Positions 1-10,182 of a DNA stretch of 64,000 nucleotides are shown here, piece by piece; within the stretch, counting starts at the first letter, position 1; each line of letters begins with the position of its first letter. Made by a program: the position numbers and the translations under genes. Source of the DNA: a virus (lineage: Duplodnaviria > Heunggongvirae > Uroviricota > Caudoviricetes); IMG/VR virus record IMGVR_UViG_3300028805_000073; one strand, 5' to 3'. Under the pieces are notes generated by a model that was not told the DNA's origin, searched no databases, and saw only the letters and a list, made by a program, of their open reading frames with translations.

Positions 1-1
1 A

Positions 2-397
2 ACTATGGTTCAAAGAAAGAATTATGAAAAATTTACTGTAAATGCTAAAGATGCTTCAGTATTTACAATGGATCCACAACTTGCATATCATATTAATCCT
101 GATAAAGCTGCTGCAATATTTGTAAAATATCGTAAGCCAATTGAAGAAATTGAAAATGGGTATATTCGTACATGTATTTATGAAGCCTATCGTACTTGTG
201 GAAATGCTTATACATCCGATTCTTTAATGAGTAATAGAGCAAAGTTTGAAGCTGATGTTCGTGCAAGACTTGAAAAATCATTAGCTGCTGAAGGTTTTAT
301 TGTTGATGAATTTACTAGTGCAATTACACCTCCACAATCACTTACAGAAATGATTGATGCCAAAAATAGGGCTAAAATGTATGGTCCACTTGCTTAA
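2..397 (+). CDS. SPFH/band-7 (prohibitin/HflKC-like) protein, 5' exon; partial (gene starts upstream of window; real 5' splice site probably ~340-390)
   Basis: ORF 5..397 has an SPFH-core-like sequence (KFEADVRARLEKSLAAEGFIVDEFTSAITPPQSLTEMIDAKNRAKM). No TAG. Frame stops at TAA 398-400, which lies inside the downstream intron. Confidence 0.55.
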   Translation, partial: TMVQRKNYEKFTVNAKDASVFTMDPQLAYHINPDKAAAIFVKYRKPIEEIENGYIRTCIYEAYRTCGNAYTSDSLMSNRAKFEADVRARLEKSLAAEGFIVDEFTSAITPPQSLTEMIDAKNRAKMYGPLA

Positions 398-1305
398 ACA
401 GCAAGTTAAAAACTCCTTTAATTTCTGGAAACTCCATATTTTTATTATTTTTATTTTTTGATATTTTAAGAATGAAAATAAATTTATTATGAAATAAAAT
501 ATAATAAATAGATAATTCTTTAAAAACAAAATTAAAAAATTAAAATTATGGACAACCAGAAGCCTACATTAAAAAATGCTTAGAAATATGTTATAGAACC
601 AGGAAAAACCTATGGTAACTATAAAGTTATTGAATCTACTATTATTCAAGGAAGAAAAAGTAGAGAAACAAGATGGATTTGTATATATCTGCCTACAGGA
701 GAACAGAAATTAAAAAGAGGAGCAGATTTAAAACAATTTTTAACTGGAGAAGAACAAGAGGAAGAGAATAAAAAATTAGTTGCAGAAAATAAACATCAAA
801 TGGGATTTAGAAACTATCTTTTTAGAACATCTAGAGATGGAGCTGAAAAGAGAAATCATGAGTTTAGACTAACCCAAGAAGAATTTGATGAAATTATTCA
901 AAAAGATTGCTACTACTGTGGAGAACATCCCAGACCAGCATCTAAAGAATTATTAGAAAAACGTGGAAATACTAAGCAACCAACATTTTATTATAACGGA
1001 ATTGATAGAATTGATTCTACAAAAGGATATTCTGTTGATAATTGTGTTCCATGTTGTCCTAAATGTAATTATATGAAAAATACTCTTTCTCAAAATGATT
1101 TTTATAAGCAGATTATCAAAATATATAATCATTTAAATTTAGGTTCAACGACTATCGAAAACACATCTAAATTAGATGGAAGTGAGTAGAGTACATCACA
1201 AGCTAATGGTGATGGAAACAAGGAGCACTCTAATATAGAGTGAAGATATAGTCTCAACTACTATGGTAACATAGTGCAGTTCATTAGAGAACGGATATAG
1301 TCTTG
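380..1305 (+). mobile_element. Group I intron (approximate ends) interrupting the SPFH gene and carrying an HNH homing-endonuclease ORF
   Basis: Conserved group I core elements occur in canonical order. P-like AATTTCTGGAAACTCC at 420-435. Q-like AACCAGAAGCC at 554-564. R-like GTTTAGACTAACCC at 862-875 (GACTA). S-like AAGATATAGTCT at 1243-1254, which matches the classical S consensus AAGATATAGTCC. Both flanks are halves of one SPFH protein, in different frames. Confidence 0.55.
548..1189 (+). CDS. HNH homing endonuclease (213 aa if started at ATG 548, with one in-frame TAG at 581-583; 129 aa if started at ATG 800 under the standard code)
   Basis: HNH motif near the C-terminus: CYYCGEHP...NGIDRIDSTKGYSVDNCVPCCPKCNYMKN. 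The frame is open from 548 to 1189 except for the single TAG. It overlaps the Q and R intron elements. Confidence 0.7.
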
Positions 1306-1584
1306 CGAACTATATTGAAGATATTGGTACAGGCTGCTTTGAAAGCAGAAAACGAAGTAAAAGAGGCTGAAGCTAACGCTAAAATTGCTGTGGCTAAAGC
1401 TAAGGGTAATGCAGATGCTATGAAGATTAAGGCTGATGGTGAAGCTTATTATAATCGTACTATTGCTGCATCATTAACTCAATATGTAGTAATGGAAGAT
1501 TGGATTGAAAAGTGGGATGGAAAGCTTCCTACTGTTCAAGGTGGTCAAGGTATGATGTTTGATATGTCTAAATTTGTAAAATAA
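1288..1584 (+). CDS. SPFH/band-7 protein, 3' exon (exact 3' splice site unknown, probably 1290-1330)
   Basis: The translation LKAENEVKEAEANAKIAVAKAKGNADAMKIKADGEAY...IEKWDGKLPTVQGG is the Ala/Glu-rich C-terminal tail typical of HflC/prohibitin. It lies immediately after the S element. The ORF finder had to use TTG as a start, which is consistent with this being an exon rather than an independent gene. Confidence 0.55.
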   Translation, partial: RTDIVLRTILKILVQAALKAENEVKEAEANAKIAVAKAKGNADAMKIKADGEAYYNRTIAASLTQYVVMEDWIEKWDGKLPTVQGGQGMMFDMSKFVK

Positions 1585-1889
1585 TGGGAATTTTAATTTT
1601 TTGGTTACAATATGTAATTGCTGGAATATTGTTATATCATATTCTAAGATGTTTATATATTAAAAAGGATGTAGATACTAGAAGTTATAAAACAAAATAT
1701 CATAAAACTGAAAATGATGAAAGATTAAAGCATCCACTTTGGTTATTAATAATCGCATTTGTGATATTAACTATTCCAGTCTTAAACATTTTTGCATTTG
1801 GATTATATCTTTCGCATAAATTAATATGTGAGGATGGAGAAGAATGTAATCCTTATTATTGTAAATCATCTTTCACTAAAAAATATTAA
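1584..1889 (+). CDS. Small membrane protein (2 predicted TM helices, Cys-rich C-terminus)
   Basis: ORF of 101 aa. Its start overlaps the SPFH stop (TAATG at 1582-1586). Hydrophobic stretches ILIFWLQYVIAGILLYHIL and LWLLIIAFVILTIPVLNIFAFGLYL. No TAG. Confidence 0.5.
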   Translation: MGILIFWLQYVIAGILLYHILRCLYIKKDVDTRSYKTKYHKTENDERLKHPLWLLIIAFVILTIPVLNIFAFGLYLSHKLICEDGEECNPYYCKSSFTKKY

Positions 1890-1897
1890 ATAAAAAA

Positions 1898-1941
1898 GGC
1901 TGTAATCACTGTAATTAGTGATTGCAGCCTTTATTTTTTTC
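1898..1941 (+). terminator. Rho-independent terminator
   Basis: Hairpin GGCTGTAATCACT-gtaatt-AGTGATTGCAGCC followed by TTTATTTTTTT. Confidence 0.6.
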
Positions 1942-1993
1942 TTAGACATTTTAAAATTTTTAAGATGAATAATTTATCATCTGAGATATAAAA

Positions 1994-2041
1994 ATTGATT
2001 GTAGACTTTTCTACATATCTTAAAATTAAAATTTTTATATA
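1994..2041 (+). promoter_or_regulatory. Putative sigma70-like promoter for the 2044 ORF (TTGATT ... TATAAT directly abutting the ATG; possibly a leaderless transcript)
   Basis: TTGATT at 1994-1999. TATAAT at 2036-2041 immediately 5' of ATG 2044. The region is AT-rich, so this is a weak call. Confidence 0.2.
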
Positions 2042-2043
2042 AT

Positions 2044-2490
2044 ATGAAAGATTTAGGATTTATAAAAAATTGTAATAATTGTAAACATAATATTTCTTTT
2101 GAAGAAAAAGATATAGAAAAAGAATATATTCCAATGGGTTATGTTATAATATATAAACCTATAGGAGAACAAAAACGAAGGTCTTTTTTATGTGAAAATG
2201 CTGAAATATTAGCTCAATATATTAATGAATTAATGTCTCCTCCAATGTATAGTAATTGTCATTGTTCTGGAGTTAAAATTCATAAAATATTAAAAATATT
2301 TAAATATAAACACTATATTATATGTCCAAATTGTAAAGAAAAAATATTATTTGAAGAAGGAACTTTTGATGCTGAAAGTCTAAGTCATGGAGCATTTGTT
2401 ATGAGAGGATGGTCAGGTTTTTATGAAAGTCCTTTTTTTAAACATTCCATTTGGTATAATATTCAATATAATGGAGAACATAACTTATAA
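2044..2490 (+). CDS. Hypothetical Cys-rich protein (148 aa, several CxxC pairs; possible zinc-binding)
   Basis: Intact ORF with CNNCKH, CHCSG and CPNCKEK. No TAG. Confidence 0.45.
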   Translation: MKDLGFIKNCNNCKHNISFEEKDIEKEYIPMGYVIIYKPIGEQKRRSFLCENAEILAQYINELMSPPMYSNCHCSGVKIHKILKIFKYKHYIICPNCKEKILFEEGTFDAESLSHGAFVMRGWSGFYESPFFKHSIWYNIQYNGEHNL

Positions 2491-2492
2491 TA

Positions 2493-2547
2493 AAACCCCG
2501 AAGCAGAACTCATTTTTGAGTTTTGTTTCGGGGTTATTTTTTACTAG
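2493..2547. terminator. Bidirectional hairpin terminator between convergent genes
   Basis: AAACCCCGAAGCAGAACTCA-ttttt-GAGTTTTGTTTCGGGGTT followed by a T-run. It sits between the + gene ending at 2490 and the - gene ending at 2541. Confidence 0.55.
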
Positions 2548-5500
2548 AATAATTCTGTTTTCTATCCAACTTTTGTTCCCAAGGTATTTAATTTGACCCA
2601 TTCCCATGCTGGAGTAGTTCCGCGTGTAGCAGCAGATGTCTTAATAATAGCATCATAAAAGTCTTGACTACCTTTTATTGCGTTTTTATATTGATTTACT
2701 ACATTAGTCATAGAACTAATTGAAAAAGGAGTCCATTGAACACCTCTACCAAATATTGATTTAGCAAAATTAAAGTCATCAGCAGAACTATCAAAAATTC
2801 CAACTCCTAGATTTATAGCAGTATTAGCCATAGCATTACCAAAGTTCTCATTAGAATGATTTTTAGCGAATTCTTTTTGTCCACTATGCATTAAAGAACT
2901 AGCAAATACTCCAAGGAAGAGTAACATAAACAGATCATACCATAACTAACGTAAATTAGCAGCAAATAATCTTCTTAGATCTGGATCTATGTTTTCACTA
3001 GTTAAAAGTTCTTTTACTCCTTTCAATCCTACATTTTCTAATCCTTCATAATTTCCATTAAATGCTTTTCCAAGATTAATTAAGGTAATTATAATTCCTT
3101 CCTGAGGACGTCCTTTCCATACTTGAATAGGTAGTCCTGTATTCTCGGTAGTAGGTTCTAACTAACCATCCTCTGTTACTTTCCAATACCATTTAACTCC
3201 ATCTTCTTCGTAATCAACATAATAACCTTCTTGAGTATAAGAACGCTACTAAATATATTGATTCTTTTTAGCAGACCAATATGTATTCATCTACATAGTT
3301 AATGCTCCAACAAATGTAGAATTAAACATAGATTTCTTTTCATGAGCATAATAACCATAAATTCTATCAGAGAAAGCTTTTCTTCCTTCAGATTCTCTAT
3401 TACTATAAGCTTTTGGTAAGGGTTTTGGATTTTTTATATCTAATATAAATAAACTTCCATCATCATTTCTTGCTCCCTCTTCTACAAGCTATCTAGCTAA
3501 TGTTATATAATTAGATTTAGCTCTGTTATATTCAGTAATATTAGACTAATCATTATTTGCAAAAGCAGCAAATCTTTTATCTTTAGTCCAATCATAAACA
3601 AGTTTTCCGTTTTTTACTGAATGTGCTTCAAAAGCTCCATCAGCTCTCATTTGAGCTATAAATATAGTCATTCTATTATAATAGTCAGGTCTAGATGAAA
3701 AACGGAATCCTGTATCCCAGAAATGAGTCATTAATCCAGTATTATCAGATTTAATTCTGTCGATATAAGTATTCATATCCATATCATTAATACCGTATTT
3801 CATATTTAATAATTCAGTAATACTTCTGTTATCACCATAATTTCCAAATAAATCTCCCATCACAAACTTCCAGGCCCATGTAAGATTTTCTTTAGTAAAG
3901 GCCATAGTTCCATCAGGCTATTTTACAAATAATTTTATATCCTACCAAATACCATCAAGGAACTAATATGTCTATCTTGGATTAAATGCTAATGCCAATC
4001 TAGAAGCCCATTTCATCATTTCATTAGTGATATCTCGTAAGGTAGCTTCCTAAGTAGTTCTATCTTCCATTGGCTAATTATGAATTTTAGTTTTAATATA
4101 GTCTAGAAGATACTATATATCATTAGTAAACTATGTATTTAAAATAGCTCCTTGAGAATTTAAATGAATTAATAAAGACTATATTACAGGAAATACTTTA
4201 TTTAACTCCTCAGCTAAAGTATAAGCTGAATGTTGTTTTAATAATAAAGTTTCTAGGTTATGCTCAAAGTATTCTTTGCCTCTTCTGTTAATTAATTCCT
4301 CTCTTCTTTCTTTATTTTTAGGATCATCTAAATCAGACATAGTATTAATAGCTTCCCACTATTCTCCTTTCTTTACTAATTCTGACTATTCTGATGATAA
4401 TAACTTTGTAACAGTATCGTCAATTTTCTTTTTTAATTCAACTCTTGTCTAAGCATTCCAAACAGAAAGATATTTAAATCTATTTCTAATAAAATTAGCA
4501 ATTCCTCCTCTCATCGCTACTTCTGAAGAAAAATCTCCTTTAACTAGAGGAGCTTTTAAATATTTTCCTTCTGTATCTTTTGCTATTAATTCTCCCATTA
4601 GATCTGGATTTTTCATCATTTTCTTTAAATCTATTCCATTTCCTCTTGTAGAATTTATTTTTATTATAGCATATTTCAAAAACTCCCTTTCTGCATCATC
4701 TAAAGCAACATTATTATCCCAAGGATTAACAAACTTTACATCAGATGATGTTTTATCATACATATTTTTGTATAGTTCAGTGGTCTGATTAGAAGTAATG
4801 TTCTATTGTATCCATCCAAAACCTTTGCTTTCTTTTAATTTTTTAACTCTTTCTCTTAATTCAGCATCAAATTGAGTTATAATATCTCTAGTATTCTGAT
4901 AAGCTATAGTTACCTGATTCGTTGCTTGGTTAAGAATAGCTGATTGTAAGGTTCCTGGATTATCTATCATTGTTCCACCAAGTCCTACTTTATCACTACC
5001 TAAATTAGTATTTAAATCAAACTTTTTCTGCTCATCCAACTGTTGAACCATCTTTACTCCAGATAATTCTGCAATAGCATATAGAATATCCTTATGTAAC
5101 TTATACTAAGGATTATTATCATCTAATTTATCTCTAATGTTTTGTGTTACTTCTGGATATTGTTCTACTAATTTCTTATCAATTTCTATTAAACTAGCTT
5201 TTAATTCCTCATTAGACTTTCCTTTCCAGTCTAATTTACTTACAGAATTTTTTAGTTCTCTATCTAATCCAGACATTCCATATTCATTACTTTTAGATAT
5301 TACCTCTACAAAATCCTATTTAAGTAAATCGACATAACTAGCCATTCTTATTACACCTTCTGAATTAGCATCTGTTTTAAAATTATTTTCTACTGAAGCC
5401 TAATTACATAATCTAGAGAAATTATAAAGTAATTGTTTATTAGGAACTTCTAATCCAGTTTGTTGAGAAGGACATATTAGTTTAACATTTCCAATTCCTG

Positions 5501-7541
5501 TAAATCTATCAGTAAATAAGTTTTTCATCTAATTCATAACTAATAAAGTTTCTATTAACTCAATATTACCTTTAGTAGAAACCATTGTTAATGAATCAGC
5601 TGAATTATGTGAAAGTTGATCTGACATAAATGCTCCTAATATATAATTTCCTTTTGGAAGTTTTACTTTCTATTTTGGATTATATAAAGCAGATACTCTA
5701 ACTATATCAATTAAATGAGTATTTTTATTTTCAAATAATAATATTCCAAATTGATCTAATAAACTATTTAAAGCAGAAGAATTTTGATCTGGAACAGGTT
5801 TCCAAACATCTGTGTTAGTATATTTTTCTAGCTAACTCTTTACATAATGAGAGTTTCTTTTACTTGATGTTCTAGAAGAACTAAATCCTCGTTGAATTTT
5901 TTCAACAGGATTCTCTCCTGAATTATAATAATAATTATTAAAGTCTTTTCTAATAGAGTTAGAAGTATTTATAGAGAAATTTTCATTATATTCATCTCTC
6001 TTTTTCATCTCTTCTACAATTTTAACAGTGGCTTCTTCCTAAGAATTAGCAGAAACTGTTATCATTCCATCATCATTATATTTATTAGGTTTAAAATAAT
6101 ACTTATTTTGTTGACTATCAAAATTTACTCCTCCGTTTTCTTCTATATAAGATTTATATCCTTCCAATGTAGTATCCTTTTCTTTAATAGGAAACATTTT
6201 GGACATTTCATCTTTTGTAGTCTTTATTACATCTTTTGTTTCTAATGATGTTTTATAATAAGCATTTTTAGGGAAAATCTAATCAAGATTTCCTTCTATA
6301 TTAGCCCTTTCATTACCGGTATCAGAGTTAGAAAGTTTTTGTAACATTGTTCCTCCTTCTTGATCTCCTAAACTAGATATTCCACTAAATGAAACTTTTC
6401 CATTTTCTAGTTTAAAATCTTCAAATTTTAAAGGAACTACAAATAACTCTATATCATTAGGAGGATTAACTCCTAGTGCTTTTAATATTTTACGATATGT
6501 TTCAAGCTAGTACTTAAAAGTTAAAATTTTAGCAGAATTATAATATAATGGATCATTATTAATATTGCTTGTAGTATAATCCTTTGGAGAACATTTAAAG
6601 TCTATTATTCCTACTTGTCCATTTTCTCCTACAGCTATTAAGTCAATCTTACCAATAATTTTAGTTATTTTTCCATTCTCTGTTTGAAACTAAACATCAC
6701 CTACTATTGGTTGTTCAGTTCTTATATAGGCATTCTATCCATACTTTTCACGTAACTCATTATCTAATTGGATACACTATTTTACTATACTTTCTAATAC
6801 CTGATCAGATATATATTTTTTAAATTCTGATCTAATATTATTTTTAAAATAATTTAATATTTCATTAGGAGCATCTTTTAATTGATAAAGATATTTTCCT
6901 TTTTTCTCTTTTCCATCAGGACTTTTATAAGGAATAGTATCTCTATAAAATCTAGAAAACATTTCGTGAACCAAATTACCACAAACTGCTTGCTAAGACC
7001 ACAATCCTCCTTTTCTTATACCCTTTTCTAATTCTCCCTCAATTCTATCTCTAATTTTATTAAGAGTAGCTTCATCAGTAACTCTATCATATCCTCCTGT
7101 AGAATTAGGAGTTAATAAGTCTGATATATACTATAATTCATAAGCATCAAAAGTTCCTATTTTATAAAGTTTGAACTTTTCATCCCAATAATTATCAGAT
7201 TTAAATATAGGAAATACCTATTCTGTAAATCTTCCAGGAATAGTGTGTATTAAATCAGTTACTGAAATATATGGATACTTTAATGTTCCTATATCATCAA
7301 GTTCTTCTGGTTCAACTTCTCTAGCTTCTTCAGCTGACTTTACCTGAATACCTGCTTTCTTTAACTTTTCATATTCTTCCTAAGTCTCCTAAAATCTTTT
7401 AGCATAATGTCTTTGAGTAGAAGTCATTGAATATACAATATCTCCTAATATCTAAACTGAATCTTCTGTATCTAACAGAAAATCATTTAGTTCTTCTTCT
7501 GAAGAAAATTCTTTTCCTTTAAAATTATATCTACAATTCAT
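2541..7541 (-). CDS. Giant virion/ejected protein G1 (1666 aa with TAG read as sense)
   Basis: A single reading frame is kept across ORF-track pieces 2562..2927, 3546..3905, 4449..4763, 4803..5051 and 6777..6974. Every interruption checked is an in-frame CTA (= TAG). ATG at 7541-7539 overlaps the upstream TAA (TAATG). The true stop is TAA 2541-2543. Confidence 0.6.
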
Positions 7542-8596
7542 TATTCACAATTTTCTGTTAGTTCATTACTTTTTAGATACTTCTCTTTTAAATTAGCTAA
7601 CATTCTATGAACAGTACTTTTATTTAAATGTCCTCCTGTTTCTATATTAAAAATGTTAGATTCTGTCATTTCTGCTAATTCTTTTAAAGAGCAATCATAT
7701 AAATTATCTAAAGATTTTACACTGTAATTTCCATCTAAAAATGTATCTAAATCTCTTTGTATGCAATATAACATTTCATTAAGTACATTATCATTTAGTT
7801 CTGATAATAAACTTTTTTGTCCTGTTAAATATTTAGAAAGTTCTTCTACAAATATTTCTTCATTAATATCACTTCTAGTTCTATTTGGATAGAACTAACT
7901 TCTATAATTATAATCAGATAATTGTTCTACAGAATTTACTAATTCATAGAACATATTACTATTCTATCTACTTAAAGTTCCTAGAAATAAATGTAACATT
8001 TCGTGGATAGGAGAATCAATTCCAGCATTATCTATATTAACATAAATGTTTCCATTATTAATAAACGCTTTTGCTCCAGAAACATTTAATCCTGGAAAAT
8101 CATCATCGGATGTTATTGGAATAATATTAATTCCATAATATTTTCTCATTTTGTCTAATGAGTCAATAATTCCACATTGAACTTGACTATCATTAGTAGC
8201 AGTTATAGAATATGGAGTACTTCCTATTCTATATTCACTTGGTCTTGGTTTTATTTCAAATATAGAAACTCCATTTATATCTGTTATTCTTACATCTAAA
8301 TCTCTATGAGTATCATTTATTGTAGCATTAGCTTCTTCTATAGAAGAACTACTTGTTTTATCTAAAATGTTCTATGTACTTTGATAAGTAGTTCCAGATT
8401 TAGTTGTTTTTAATCCCAAACTTTCTCTTAAATAAGGTTCCGAATTAGCATCAGGAATATTATCTAATTCTGGAAATATTCCATACAAATCTTGATATTC
8501 AGTACATATTTCTGCTACAGAATCAGGAGAAATGCCAGACATTTTTGACAAAGTCTGACATTTCTAAGATTCTTTTATTTCACAATAATTTGCCAT
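7541..8596 (-). CDS. HExxH zinc-metallopeptidase-like protein G2 (351 aa)
   Basis: Hand translation from ATG 8596 through pieces 7964..8149 and 7541..7774 gives ...GIDSPIHEMLHLFLGTL... (HEMLH). TAATG overlaps at both ends (8594-8598 and 7539-7543). It contains in-frame TAGs. Confidence 0.5.
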
Positions 8597-10180
8597 TAAC
8601 ACTTAGTATTATCATTTAATAAGGATTCTAGTCTATGTTTAAGTCTACTGTAAATTAGAGCTTCATATGTATGATTTCTACTTTTCCTTTTGACAAACTA
8701 GAAAGCTTTAAAAACATCTTCTTCATTTCCTACTATATCTAAAATGTCCTTCAAACTCATTGAATTTCCATTTATAGATAATAATATTTTGTCAGAATTA
8801 GTTTTCAAAAACTATTTTTTAGCTTCCTCATTTTCTGATAATTCGACATTATCAAAAATCTATGGATTAAGTAGTGTATTTTTTCCTAAAATAAACTTAT
8901 TATTAGTAACAGAATTATTTACTCCAACAGTATCCCATTTTCCTTTTAAAGCTTTTCTTATGTCATCCATTGTTTTATAAGATTCATAATACTATGTTGG
9001 TTCGTGATCTTCGTTATCATCATAGCCTCTTTCGGGTTCTGGATTATTTTCAGCTCCAGAAGCCTCTAATTGTGCTATTTCTGCTTCGGTTAACTAACCT
9101 AAATGCTAAAGAAGAACTTCTCTATTGTTTTCAGGATTAGTTATCCAAGCATACCGCATATTATCAGTAACATCTTTAAAATATACAGTAGGAGCGAAAA
9201 CTTGTAATAAATAGTCTTCTTCAGCATCAAAATCAAATAACTAAACATCAGATGCATCTAAATAAGTTATATACTTATTATAATCTGAAATAGTTTGGTT
9301 ATTATCATAGATTAAGAAATCTTCAAATAAATCAGTTAAAGCCTATTGTCCAGGTTGTCCATTATAAGCTATTAAATTATAATAGAATAATGCTTTAACT
9401 AATCCTCTTTTATTATTTAATTCTACTAATCCTTGTTTAATTTCATTAAACTAAACATTTTCAGCAGGATTGTTCATATTAAAGGATTGTGTTTTAGCTA
9501 AATTAATTGTTACTTGATGGTCTAAATTATAACCATATGTCCTAAGTGAAATTGATTTAACAAAAGCATTATCTGGATAATTTTCCTTTAAATAAGGATA
9601 TATATAATGAATAACATAATCTCTAAATTTCTAATTAGATAAATCAGTTCCAAGTCTTATTGTTTCAAACTTAAGATTTCCACTTTCATCACGAGATTCC
9701 TTTAATTCTCCATTCTTTATTTCAAATTTAGGAATTTCATATTCTTCCTACTGCTACCATAAGAAATTATTATTTATTTTCTTAAATATAACAGGATTAA
9801 GAGTTTTAAAGAATTTATTAATTTGATCCTAGTTCTTTAAACCCAATTTAGGAAATATTCTACTAATAATTTGAGTCTGTGTATCATATACTTTGGAAAC
9901 AGCTTTTCCTCCTTCATATAAAAGATTCATAGTTTTTAAATATCCTTTATAATGTGGAACTCCAAGCATTACATCTAATATATTTACTCCAATTTTAGAT
10001 TCTTCATAAACATTAATAGCATCCTGCTAATAAGTAGGATCATTTAAAAACTTATTTAAATCTAAACTAGTAGATCCATATTTAGATACAAAAGATTTTA
10101 CAAGATCAGAATCTTTATTATTTTTTCTTCTAATTGCTCTATCTAATATTCCATTAAACGAATTAACCCAACTCATCTAA
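8596..10180 (-). CDS. Hypothetical protein G2a (frame-0 coding region; start not resolved)
   Basis: Frame 0 codes cleanly here (for example 9000-9060 gives SGAENNPEPERGYDDNEDHE). It ends at TAA 8596-8598. The upstream boundary is the frame-0 TGA at 10183-10185. The only in-frame ATG below that TGA is at 9969. Confidence 0.3.
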
Positions 10181-10182
10181 TC

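Noticed and set aside
93-529. - strand ORFs 93..281 and 338..529
   Set aside because: They are antisense to the SPFH exon and intron, with low-complexity translations.
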